Shown here piece after piece: positions 1 through 12,600 of a stretch of DNA of 64,000 nucleotides (position 1 is its first letter; every line of letters begins with the position of its first letter). The DNA lies in assembly GCA_043228905.1 (NCBI GenBank), contig JBHGNT010000008.1:21948001-22012000 (forward strand), written 5' to 3'. Position numbers and translations under genes: made by a program. The notes under the pieces are model-generated. The model did no database searches and had not been told where the DNA came from. It saw only the letters and a program-made list of their open reading frames with translations. The stretch is from Azolla caroliniana (lineage: Eukaryota; Plantae; Polypodiophyta).

Positions 1-356
1 TGCTCCCCCTCCTTCGACAAGCCAGCTCCCGAAATCTACAAGTCGCACAACAACGTCAAAAGCGACACTACGACGTGGGTCGAATCACCCTGACGTATGC
101 TGATGGAACCAAAGTCCTTGTTTACTTTCCAATCCGGCGGCTTGGTCTCAGTGAATCCCTCATGCACCGGTGGATCGGCCCATTCACCGTAATTCGTGCC
201 ATCAAGTCCACGACTTACTTACTCCGACGCGATTCCAACTGTCGATTCACCTCAGCCCATGTTGCCCATATCAAGCCATATGCTACCCCAAGCCTATCTT
301 CTAACACCCCTCCTTCTCTCATAGCGTAACACTCCTTGTTTTTCTGAGGGGGGAAA
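1..356 (+). mobile_element. 3' end of a Ty3/Gypsy internal region (integrase C-terminal region) plus polypurine tract; probable LTR starts at 357
   Basis: ORF 75-329 contains RWIGPFTVI...TYLL...AHVAHIKPY, typical of the Gypsy integrase C-terminus. It is followed by GAGGGGGGAAA (346-356) and then TGTGG. Confidence 0.7.
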
Positions 357-1599
357 TGTGGTGTCCCTTTCATGCAAGAGCATGCATTTGAACACACCAC
401 TCTTTTAGCCACTCCCGTTTAGCACATCACCCATTTTAGCCCACCCTTTTAGCACACCATTTTGGGACACGTGTAGCTAGGTCGTCCCAAAATGGGTTCT
501 TTGTATCTTCTATATATTGAATGATAAAGTATGAAGCTAGCTAGGCTGGTTTGGTTTCCTTTTATGTGCATTTCACAATATGCAAGGGATATATTTACAA
601 ATTTAGGTTTACAACAATTAGAGATAGACTACCACAAATTTGGTGGTTTTTACAAATATGATCACATGACTAGAGCATAAAAACAATAATGAAACGAACA
701 AAAAGGACACTATGGAATTTCCAGCGAAGGTGAATCAAGTGAGCTGCCAAAACTGCAACTACCACTATTGGCTACAACGCCCGGATGACGGTGTAGTGTT
801 CCCATGTCATTTCGTCCTCCCTTCAAGGACTAGAGTGTGAGGTAGCCTGGCCCTTCTCTTGAAATTGCCATCACATAACATTTATCCATCGCAAAGAAGA
901 ACATTAAACCTCCAAAGTAGATGTAAGTAGGTAATTAGTTCCAAGTGTCAAAGAGGTCATTGAAAAGGAATAAGAAGAAGAATAGAAGAAAACCCTCCCA
1001 AGACCTAAAGTTTGAAGAAAAGAAGGAACCCTAATGGTGCACTCTCAAAACGCAAAATGAGTCACCCCCACAAACCCTAATGGTACACCTCAAAACAACA
1101 AAATAAGAGACCCTCTAAAAGTGAAGAATAGGAAGAAAACAAACCTTAATGGTATGCCACAAACCACAAATGGCAATCCCCCATTAAGCCCTCTTCTCCT
1201 TTTTTATAGAGAAAACGAAGCACCTAATTTCGGCATTAAATGCGTTTATTCCCTTTCTTTCTTAGAAAAAAAGTAACGGGAATAAATAACCCTTGATTTA
1301 AGCCACGCTAACATACATATATACACATTTATTTATTATCTAAAATATTTATCTTTTATATATACATATATTTATGTGATGTGAGTAGACCCTCCATTTT
1401 CCCACCTTTTTACCGCCATGCCACATCACGACACCGATGTATACCCTCTTGAGGACGAGTTGGATGAGAGTGATTGTGATGTTAGGTAAGGACAAGGTTA
1501 TATGGTTTGGTAAGCTTGCTAGTGGGATCATTATGTAACTGAGATTTACTGACTGGAAGAGCCGGTCAAGTTCAACATGGCTTAGGGCTTAATAATGCC

Positions 1600-1728
1600 T
1601 CAATAGGGCTTAAGCGCTAAACTGATGAAGTATTTAACATGTAAATAAACTAACTACACTTCAATAGGGCTTAGGCGCTAAAATGATTATTAAGTATTTA
1701 ACATGTAAATAAACTAACTACGCTTCAA
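1600..1728. repeat. Tandem duplication of an ~61-bp unit
   Basis: tcaatagggctta..cgctaaa...aagtatttaacatgtaaataaactaactac.cttcaa occurs at 1600 and at 1661. Confidence 0.85.
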
Positions 1729-2094
1729 CTATTTTGAAGGTCACCACATAGCACATACCAAAGAGATTAGCGCTTGGCTTCAAATGAACACACAATACTA
1801 ATCTCATATAAATATTACAAGAGAGAGATATTTTATTATCGTCTTTAGATGTCAAACGGTGCATAGTCTATTCCTCTTATCACTGGTGCCCCAACGCCCT
1901 ATCTCACATCGCAATGAGATGTGAGTTAAGTCACATGGAAGCAATGGTATGGTTCGGATGGTGGACAACAACACGATGGGCAGGTGCTAACATGGGGGTG
2001 GTTCGGATGCCAAACAACACGATTTCCACGTTCGGCGAAGGACATGGTTTTCAAGTCAGGTGCAACACATGCAATATAATGCACGAAGAAGCGC

Positions 2095-2153
2095 GAGCTG
2101 TCCGCATTTTCCCATAGGTCATGTGAGCTGTCCGCATTTTCCCATAGGTCATG
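2095..2153. repeat. 30-bp tandem duplication
   Basis: gagctgtccgcattttcccataggtcatg is present twice. Confidence 0.85.
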
Positions 2154-2405
2154 ATACAATTGGCACTATAAAAACGGCCTCGTTCACAGAGGGATCTGAA
2201 TGTGGATGATGGATACATGGTGAATCAAATGTGTTGTGTCTAAGATATATATATATATATATATATATGTCCACTCAAGAATTGATGGCGTCCGGACAAG
2301 TGTGAAACCAGGATAGGGCATCAAAGTGTCCGGACAGGTGTGAAACCAGAATTAGGTCATTTTAGTGCTTCTCTCCAGAACCTCTCTGTTCTCTTTTCCT
2401 CGAGA

Positions 2406-2415
2406 TTTAGGGTTT
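2406..2415 (-). promoter_or_regulatory. Telo-box (AAACCCTAA) upstream of the ribosomal protein gene
   Basis: tttagggttt lies about 70 nt before the RPP1 ATG. Telo-boxes are typical of plant ribosomal protein promoters and 5'UTRs. Confidence 0.6.
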
Positions 2416-2485
2416 CACGAAGGAAACGCTGCGTTTCTCTGTGCTCTCTGCGCGTCTGTGCGAAAAATCAGAGCCTCTCTTCGCC

Positions 2486-4224
2486 ATGTCTATCAGCGAG
2501 CTCGCCTGCACCTATGCCGCCCTCATCCTTCACGACGATGGCATTCCTATTACGGTATGTTTTCCTCCTCCTCTTTTGCTTCTAATGTTTCTGTTATAGC
2601 TCGAAAGAAAGCTCCATCTTTACTTCCTTCCATCCTTCTGATGTTTTCATTTGTGCACTGCTAGTTTCTCTATGATGGCCTGAAATCACTGTTTGTTATC
2701 AAGTTTTTATTTCCAATTTATGTGAATTATTTGCTCACGAGCTCTTTTATTGTATTTCATGTGTTTGACTAAATATTCCAAATTTTCATGAGATGAAAGC
2801 GCACCCCTTGTTACAAACACGGTAACACACAGAGTTGTTATATGCCTTTTTGCGCACGTGATGGCCACTTGCTATTTTATTTTGAGATATACTAATAAAT
2901 GTCCTAAACATCTGCGAGTAAATTTGAATACCCCTCTCTGCGAGTAAAATTGATAGTATTTATGAGGAATGTAGAAGCATTTCGGATGATTAGCCAGTAA
3001 CGTTTGGTGGTTTTGGTGGTAATTTCATGTTCTTTTCAGTTTTTCTTATAAATATATTGAACAAGAATCTTCCATTGAACTTAAAGGAGGTGTAGGACTG
3101 AGAAGATATATTTTTGTCTTTGATTGTTCTCAGGCAGAGAAGATTGCCACCCTTGTGAAGGCAGCTAATGTTGAGGTCGAATCTTACTGGCCTGCGTTGT
3201 TTGCTAAGCTCCTCGAGAAGCGTAGTGTGGAGGATCTCATCACGAATGTTGGATCAGGTTGGTGTCATTGTGACAAGGAGACCACGTTTGGATGGCATAG
3301 TTTGTCAATCTAATTTATGAATAATCCTTAAGACATTCAAACAATTCCACTCCAGGATAATCTTTTGTGCATTGTTTCAATCTTTTGTGACAAGGAGACC
3401 ACGTTTGGATGGCATAGTTTGTCAGTCTAGTCTATGAATAAACCTTAAGACATTCAAACAATTCCACTCCAGTATAATCTTTTGTGCATTGTTTCTCTAA
3501 GATGCTGCGAACATTTGGTTTAGCCCTCCCTGCATACCATAATTAAAGATGTTCCAGGAATTGCATCGGAACATGGTTTTCCATACTCCTATTTGTGAAT
3601 AGGGTTTTTGCTATGTCTTTTTAAATATGCAGAGTTTATTGAAAGCTTTACTGTCTTTTGTGTTGCAGGTGGTGGTGGTGGTGGTGCTGTGGCTGTTGGT
3701 GGAGGTGCCCCTGCTGCTGCTGGGGGTGCGGCTGCTCCTCCTCCACCTGTTGAAGAGAAGAAGGTCAGTTTTCATTTTCCTCTGTGTTTTGAGTTTTCAG
3801 TTCTGGCGTTTTGACTTTAAAATGATAAAAAGTAAGAAATGTTTATCTTTTTGTTTGTATACGAGCTTCAAAATTGATTCTTCTGCCTCTATTAATGACT
3901 ACAGTATTGTGGTTATATTGGTTGGCCTATATATGTACATATGTGTTGAGCTAAAAATGTTATCTATAAGCTATGAATATAATGCTGTGTAGTGTATTAA
4001 GCATCGTAATGTATGCATTTGGGATCTGATTCCTTGACAGGCAATGCTATGTCTGTTCGTGTTCAAATCTAATCCATTATTTGTAGGCATTCCCAATGTT
4101 GAGCTGCATTTTGAATGTAAAACTGAGTCAATCTCCATACTCTAATTTTAATTTGTTATTTTGCTTTCAGGAGGAACCCAAGGAAGAGAGTGATGATGAC
4201 ATGGGCTTCAGCTTGTTTGATTAA
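2486..4224 (+). CDS. RPP1: 60S acidic ribosomal protein P1; exons 2486-2554, 3134-3257, 3669-3763, 4171-4224
   Basis: Spliced translation [72 protein letters not shown]...[21 protein letters not shown]. All introns are GT-AG and in phase. Confidence 0.97.
3269..3496. repeat. ~117-bp direct duplication in RPP1 intron 2
   Basis: tgtgacaaggagaccacgtttggatggcatagtttgtca...taatcttttgtgcattgtttc starts at 3269 and again at 3386. Confidence 0.9.
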
Positions 4225-6415
4225 GTGAAGTTTTTTTCTTTTTATTGCAATGTATTTAGGATCCATTGGTTTTGTAGGAAATATATAACTAGAACAGATT
4301 GTCTTAATCCAACAATGCAAATGTAATCGAGGAATATGATTGATTGTCTGAAATGAGTACATGAAATTTTTTGGTTGATTCTAGTGATGCTATCAATTTT
4401 TCTCTGCGGCCTTGTATTATTTAGACATCATTCTCCATGATTTCATCTCGGATTACTGCTCATGAGCTCCCGTAAGGATCTACATATTGTCAATAGAGTG
4501 GTTTTATAATCTTAAATCTGATGGCTATGTATAATTAAGGGTCCTAAATCTTATTATTAAACATCTTTATGATAAACAAATGCCAGGTTGGGTATTTTCT
4601 TGCCTTTCCTGTCTCTCGTGACATGAATGCATCTGCTGTCCCCTTATCCAGAAGCATTGTTGACTATATGTGCATGATTCAGTAGCCAACGTATGTCATA
4701 CGTGATACATTTATACTGTAATTTGAATTTTATATGGGTGTGTATATGAAATTTTGAACAATTTGATCAGTTCTAGTGTTGTCATATCAGAAGTTGTAAG
4801 TAGGTGGTGGTAAATCTTGGCTTGCTTGAAAGTATTCATTTGCTTCACAACTTTTATGTTGTCTGGATTAACTCTGTACATATATTGAACTATCAATTGC
4901 TTATCCATTGTTGACGTGTTTGTAGCATATTATTGTTCAAACTCCCATTTGTGCCAAATCATTACCATCTCTGATGGGATTTCTTAATGATCAGGTGGGT
5001 TTGCACACAACTTGTATATCTTTATGTGAGTTTTGTATTCGACTCAGTAATGGTTGACAAAAATTTCAACACACCATCCATATATTCTTTTCATCAACAC
5101 CATTTAGTTAATTTGTTGGATGTGACAAAGTTGCCATGGAAGTGTATTGAGTGAGCCATGTTTGTAATTCTCGACTTTGTAGATAGAACTCCTTTCTTGC
5201 TCCTTAACTTGCTACTAAAGACAAGAACTTGATATGATATAGTTAAGTGAGTGTCACCAAACCATATAAACTTGATACGCCCTAAGTAAAACGGCTAAAC
5301 CAGAACTTTACATAAAGAGAAACTATTTTTAGCTCAATTTACATGTTGGTTTCACAATGTTAAAAAAGTTCTCATTTAATTGACCACTTGGGCACACTTT
5401 TCGTGATGATCTAGATGTTTACAAGTTCTCCTAATAAGCTTAAGACTATATGGCCCACATTTTTTTGTCATTAATGGTTTTGCAACAAAGTAACATAAGC
5501 TTTTGTAAGGGCACTCAATTTGAATAAAGCCTTACTCGCCCCCTCCCTCAAGAAATAGAGACCATTTTTGGAATGGATGAGCCCATCTCTTAAAGCTCAA
5601 TGCTTAGCATGCCTCACGTTTGTCTTTGGCTAGTGGGTTTTTTGGCCACATTAATATGAATGTTTGTGTGAGTATTCAAGTTTGAACTTGGGCAGGTGTC
5701 ATGCAATCGATGGGGATAGAGGATGATAGTGACAATGGAGGAAGATAAGAGGATACAGGGAGATCGATGGATTCCTAGTTTGACTTTACAATAGACATCT
5801 CTACTTGAAATGATTCCCAATTGACAGATACACACACACCATTGCCTAATGCAATCGCTGAGGATGAGGTTGATAATGCTATATAAAGAGAGACCAAGTT
5901 CTAATGGAGGACGCGAGAGAGAGCGAGAGAGAGAGAGAGAGAGGTCGATAGGTTCCTAGTTAGTTGCTACGGACATCTCCACCCGAAACAAGCCTCGATT
6001 CATGTATACACACACCTCTGCTTGTATACCTCTCTTTGCCTCCTTCCTCTCTTCCTCTTCCTCTTCCTCTTCCTGTCCCGCGCACTCTGTGATATAAGAT
6101 AAGGAAGGGTCCTCTTGTGAAACCTCATTCTGGAAGTGCATGTTCTAGGCCACAGAAATTGATAGACAAGACTCAACCAAGAGAATATATATATGTATGT
6201 ATATACTAAAAGCTCCCTCTTGTAAAGCAAAAATCCCCCCCCCCCCCAAGAAAAGACTGCACCCACCCACCCACCCTTCCATTTTTCATTTCATTTTGAT
6301 CCATGGTTTCTCTCCTTCATTGTAAAAAACACAACAGGAAAAAATCACCCAAAGAAGAAGGAATAGACTCTACCCTGTTGCCCATTCCTCCCCTCTCTGT
6401 GTGATCCTCACAGCC

Positions 6416-6576
6416 ATGGCACAGATGAGCCTCTCCTCACTGTACAGTGGTGCTGGCTCTGCGAGGGCTCTTCCATTGCAACCTGTCTGTTGCAGGTGTT
6501 TTAGGGTGAGAGCAAATGATCTTCATGTATTGGGCGATCAGTATAGTGTCAAATATCATCATTTCATGCCTGCAAG

Positions 6577-6622
<46 letters not shown>

Positions 6623-9600
6623 CGTGTGCATACGTATGTTTATGTGTGTAGATTTGCATCTAGACTTATATGTGTGTGTGTATGTAGATGTGCATGTAGA
6701 TTTATATGATCATGTATGTGCACGTTAATGTCACGAGAAACAACAATAAATGTGAAAGGATTATTTGATGAAAAATCTAAGTAATCAATATCGATCGGCG
6801 AGTGATTGCAAATAGTTCATATTCTCTGTAGATGCTAATATCCGAGTAATAAACCCATGCAAAAAGATGGCAAAAGCTTAAGCTCCCTTGGCAACAAGCC
6901 AAAGAGCCAAGGAACACTCAGAACTGACTAGTGGGGAGCTGCAACCGTAGAAAGTTGGTAGATTGGGACCAAGGAAAGTATCATACAGGGACAAGTCCAG
7001 AGTAGATGAGTAAAGGTTTCATTGCTTCTTCACATCTCCTATAGGCAGGTAAATCAAATATCCTTGACTGTGACAAGACACCAGTAGACAATATTCCAAA
7101 TAGATACATCGGGAAAAATAGAGATTCCTTTAGAGGCTCCTTCATACCTTTTGACTCGAGCTACAGGTTACACCAAACCAATGGTTGGTTCATATTAAAC
7201 CATATGGTTTGACAGCAAGTTATATATAATTGGTGCCTGGTGATATGGTCCAGAATAAGCTGTTGGAACTCATGCCAAAGTAGCTCATGACACACACACA
7301 CACACACACACACAAAATCATTCGATCATGATGGTTGGATTGTCACCAAACTGTAGGTATTATACTCGTACCTTATTGAGTATTCCCCTGCTCATTCTAT
7401 AATTAAAGTCATATTGGATCCATGAATCACAAATGAAAGTGTATGAAATGCATCCTTATTATGATCTGTAGGTCATGCTTTTTCTAATCCACAATGTCCT
7501 TAACCTTTTCAATATAGGACTAATGTATAAGAATGATAATTCAATTTTAGATAATTACATTCAAAGACTGACAAGTAGATGAACTCCCAAGTCCTTGAAA
7601 GGAAAATGCATCAGGTAGATGAACTCCATGGTTGACATGAGTTTTCATTATTTACTAAAGTTGATTGCAATATGATTGCATTCTATGCATGTATGGAAGC
7701 ATGTTAGGGATGAAATTTCAAATTATATATATTATCTCCTACATTACTGATGATTTTCATGTTCGTTCTATAATTTAGAGACATTTTCCAGAACTACAGA
7801 GGACTTACTACATACTCTTTATGGCTTTACTTCCAGTTTCATTCTATTTTCAATGTTCTTAAAATATTCTTTTCACACATGGCTATTGTATAAGAATGAT
7901 CACTTTTAGTTAATTATGCATTTATATCCTGTACATATACATCCATACATTCATTTACACAACTCGATCACACCATAACTCACTAAATATTCCATTGCAT
8001 TGCAGGCGAGCTTACCAGAAAAAAGTCCCCAAGAAATTGCTGCGCAAAAATTTATCTCCTGTTGACCAGGAGAGCTCCACAAGTGAGTATAGCAATGAGG
8101 TCGTAGAACAGGGTGCCGAAAATAAGAAAGAAGGGGAGTTTACTGAAATGGACAGTGGAACAATTGTGAATGAACAAGTTTCTGAAGAAGAAAATGCGAG
8201 CCCAGCTAGTGATGAGACTCCAATTCCACGGACAGATGTGGTTATTCTGGCTAAGCAACAGCTACCAAACAAAGCTAAGGTTTCTACTTTCTCAACATCT
8301 TATTCAGTGGTATCTGAATCACTTCAAATTAGACCTTTAATGACCCCACTTTGATAAGGTTGCATGTAAATATTTGTGTACTTATGAGTGGATAAACGCA
8401 TAGTATGCATGTCGATGGATATAATCGGTTTAAGGCATCATGTGTTAGTATTGAATGTGAGCTCAAGAGAATAACAGGTAACGATAACTAGTGTGAAGTC
8501 CATATGGAAACATTGAATAGATAATTTACCGAGGTAGATGAGCATATAGGCATGTTCAAAGTTTATGGGAAACTTTGACATCCTCATGATGCAAACAATG
8601 CATGACAAGGATGGGCATGACATGCATACATCGTGTCTCTTAGATGGTAGACATGCATGTGCTCACACTCAAAATGTTGGGGAGCCTATGATATTATGAG
8701 GAAGCCCTTAGTGAACATCCATGAAGTGGGAGACATGATTCAATAAGTGCATGGCAAGGGTGGGCATGGGGTTTTCTTTGTTGTGTAGCAAAGGTCCTTC
8801 TTGATGGGAGGAGAGCCTATCCGGCTAGGAGGTGACTGTATACCGGCCAGTTCGGCTGTGGGCCGGACAAGTATTAGAGTCGGCTAAGTTAGGAGCCGAT
8901 TTGGCCGATCCCACCAGAGGCAAGCCGGCTGAAGCCGATTCATGCCTATATTTGTAAATACCTATTTATATATATAGAGCTAGGGCAACATACATATGAC
9001 ATTATTAGAGTTGTATGATTAGAGTATAGCAGGGTGTGTGTTTGTTATTCTACTTCCTGCTTTGTGTGTGTATATCTGTCAGTTTGAGGCGAAGATCAGA
9101 CCAAGGTTGTGGCTTTGAGTCTTGTACACACTCTCATATAGGGATACGATTTGGAGTCTGTGGGATCTCGTGGTTTTTTCCATTTAGGGTTTCCACGTTA
9201 AAACTTTGTGTCTCTATCTTTGTTCTTTCATCTGTTTCGTTGTTACTTTCATTTTTGCTTGATAGTCGGTTGTGGCCGGCTCCAGATAATTGACACTCGA
9301 GAATTCATAGTAGAGCATTCGGTGCTAGCTGCTAGCTCATATAGCACTAGTGATCTATGGCGTAACACCTGCAATAAGTGGCAGAAAAACATACTCCGAG
9401 ATTTTAGACGAGCAGTCAATGACTTTAAGCTCGAGCAATTTCTCTAAGCACAAAATGATCATAATGCTCAAACTCAACAAGTTAGAGCTCGAGATCTAGC
9501 AATGGAGGATGCTGACAATCTCTCGTGAGAAGAAACTATTGCCAATACTCACGAGGTGCGAACAACTTATAATAAAACAAGACACTTCACCTCTCGTGAA

Positions 9601-12600
9601 ACAAACCGCTCAAGCTCAAGACAAACCGAAGGGTAAACAAGTAGATCGCACTAACAAGAGTCAAAGTCAACTTGGACAAAACAACAATGTCCACCAAGAA
9701 CAAGGGCAAAACATCGCTAACACCAGTCGCCTAGATGCTACATCAACACGGAAGGGGAAAGAATGCCATAGGAATCAACAAAACTCGAGAGTCGGTCCAA
9801 AAAACCAGCAAATCTTGAGAGAAGAAGGCAAAAGTGAGAGAAAAAGGGAGATCCCTTACCGAAGAGTTTTTAGCGGGTTTAGTCGTGGTAGCACCGCTGG
9901 TGTGGGTTGGTTCCGCACCATCTCGTTCTTCTTGTGGTGGTTCACTTGTTTGCATCATGATAAAGGGTTTAGGGTTTGGTTGGGATTTGGACGTGCAACA
10001 ACGAGATGGAAGAGAAGGCGAAAGATTATGAAAGTAAGAGAGGGAGAGAAGATGTTGAACATACAAGTGCCTCAAATGTATTGAGTTAGATAGGTGTTTG
10101 ATCAAGGATCTCTTACAACATAATATGGTGAGAAAGTTAAAAAAGAGATGAGACAAAGCGAGTAAAAAGTCAAATGTTATATTATCGACGTGTGTTGTTC
10201 CAAACTAGTTTTGCTCTATCAAGGAGAGCTCTTTAGTGGAGACACTGGCTTTGTGAATACAAATTACAATGTTTGAGTTTTACTCCTCTTATAGGGAGGG
10301 TTTGTCTCTTAGAACCAACGGTTAGGTTGGTTTTGAATTCTAACTTTTTAGAAAGTATGTGCATTTAATGACTAAGGGCTAATATCTAGGAGGGTATCTA
10401 GTTGTTAGGTTGAGTTCCCCGAGTGGGAAGTGACCTCGTATCATCTCACGTAGAGCATGTAGTCCTTCAGAAGTGGGAATGTTGGGGTACAATGATTTCA
10501 CATCAAAAGTGAAGAGTAGTGTAATGGTGGGTAGTCGAAGATCTTCTAGGTTCCGAACTAGGGAAGGTGAATCTTCGAGGTGTTGCTTTTGTCGTTGGAG
10601 TATCAGATATAATTTGTGGTGGAGCAAGATGGAGGTATGCTCGAAGATGAAGCCATTGTACAAAAATATAGGTCTCCCGACCACAGGTGTTTTGTGGAGT
10701 TTCGGGAGAAAGTATAGAATACATACTCTATATTTGTTGTTCGGCTTGTGACGTATGAACTTGATCTCGTCCTTAGAGAGAAAGTTCGAGTTTTTCGAGC
10801 AGATGTATTCCAATCGCTACTCATGAGCATATGGTAGAGTTCCCAATATTGGGATGCCTCCCATGCTCGTCTCTTATAGAGAGATAGACAGTTGGAGGAG
10901 CTCACCTTTCGAAGTGAGATCCAAAAGTTCTTGATTTATGTTTTAGATGACCTATTTAGAGTTAGCCAAGTTTACACTGAACTTGGCCCAAAAATAACGA
11001 AAATGTGGTATGTGACTTTTGGCCTTTATAAATAGGCTTATACACATGTACACACTATAAGGGGGTCATTTAGAGCCTTTACCCCAACAAAAGATTGTCA
11101 CTCTCATCCATCCCTATACCTCTCGTACGGATAACACATTATTTGTAATGCATGCATGGTTGTGTCGGAACGAGGTAAATGTGGCAGCTGACACAACCGG
11201 CGAGTATAACAGGGTTGTCGGCAAGTCAGAGGGGGATGCAAATGCTTGCTGAAAAGGAACTCCTGCCGGAGGTGAAAAAAGTGCATCTAGAGAAATGTAT
11301 TGATTGCCTGGCTGGCAAGCAAAACAGGGTTGCCTTTCGTTCTAGGCCTCCGATGAGGAGGAAGAATGCTTTGGAACTTGTGCATACCGATGTATGTTAT
11401 GTGGATGCAAAATCACATGCTGGTGCATAGTACTTTGTTACATTCAATGATGATTACAACTGAAAATTGTGGGCTTTTGTGTTGAAGACAAAGGATCATG
11501 TGCTGTCTGTCTTCAAAGAGTTCCAAGCAAGAGCCGAAAGGGAATCCAGACAAAAGCTGAAGGCTGTCTGGACAAACAATGGCGGAGAGTAGTGAGAACA
11601 ATTTGAGGAGTACTGCCAAAGCCAAGAATGAGGATTGAATACGTGGTACCGAAAACTTCTGAACTGAGTGGAATGGCTTAGAGAATGAACAAAATGATCA
11701 TGGAGAAGGTCAAACGTATGCTATTACATGCCGTTGATGAGGCGTTAAAGATGGTTGCTTACATTATAAATAGGTCTCCTCAGTGCTATTAGATTTTGAA
11801 GTTCGACAAAAGGTGTGGACTGGAAAAGATGTGTCATACCGGCATCTGAGGGTTTTCGGCTGTTTGGCATATGTGCATGTAGCTAAGGACCAAAGATTGA
11901 AATTGGACAGCAAAGGCCGGCCATGTATTATCTTAGGGTACGGTGAGGACCTGATAGACAAGAAGGTCATCAGGAGCTGGGACATTGTCTTCATGGTCAT
12001 CCTCCCAGCCAGCCGGTGGATGAAAGCTGGCTGAAGCAGCCGAAATTGGATCAACTGAGACAAGCTGAATTGAATATCAGCTGGTCGACAGCCAGTAGTT
12101 AGCTGATAAGTACTAGGAGCCGATTGAATTCAGAGAGCCGATTGAAGTACATGTAGAGCCAACCGATAGAAGACAGCTAGCCGATGAAGCTGAATCAGTC
12201 TCGGATGACGAGCAGGCTGATGCATTCGAACCAAAACTGGCAACTAATGAAAGAAGGTATCCCTTGAGGCAAAGAAAAGCACCATGTCGGTTTCCGGATA
12301 GAGAACATATATTGCTGATTGAAGAAGGGGAGCCAGAAAGCTTTGAAGAAGCCATGACAGATACCCACAACAAAGAGTGGTATAATGCAAGCAAGATGAA
12401 ATGGAATCCTTGCATGAGAACCACAAGTATGAACTAACTGAGTTGCCGAAAGGAAAGAAGGCACTTCGGAACAAGTCGGTATACATGCTGAAACTGGGAG
12501 AAAGCGGAAATCCACCTAGGTACAAAGCCCACATTGTGGTGAAAGGCTTCCAACAGAAGAAGGGTTTGGATTTTGACGAAATATTTCCCCCAGCAGGCAA

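Noticed and set aside
457-495. 12-bp inverted repeat ccattttgggac/gtcccaaaatgg
   Set aside because: It sits within a probable LTR and has no other evidence of function.
9300-10156. ORFs 9509-10084 (+) and 9743-10156 (-)
   Set aside because: No recognisable domain. They are probably TE debris inside the Copia mosaic.
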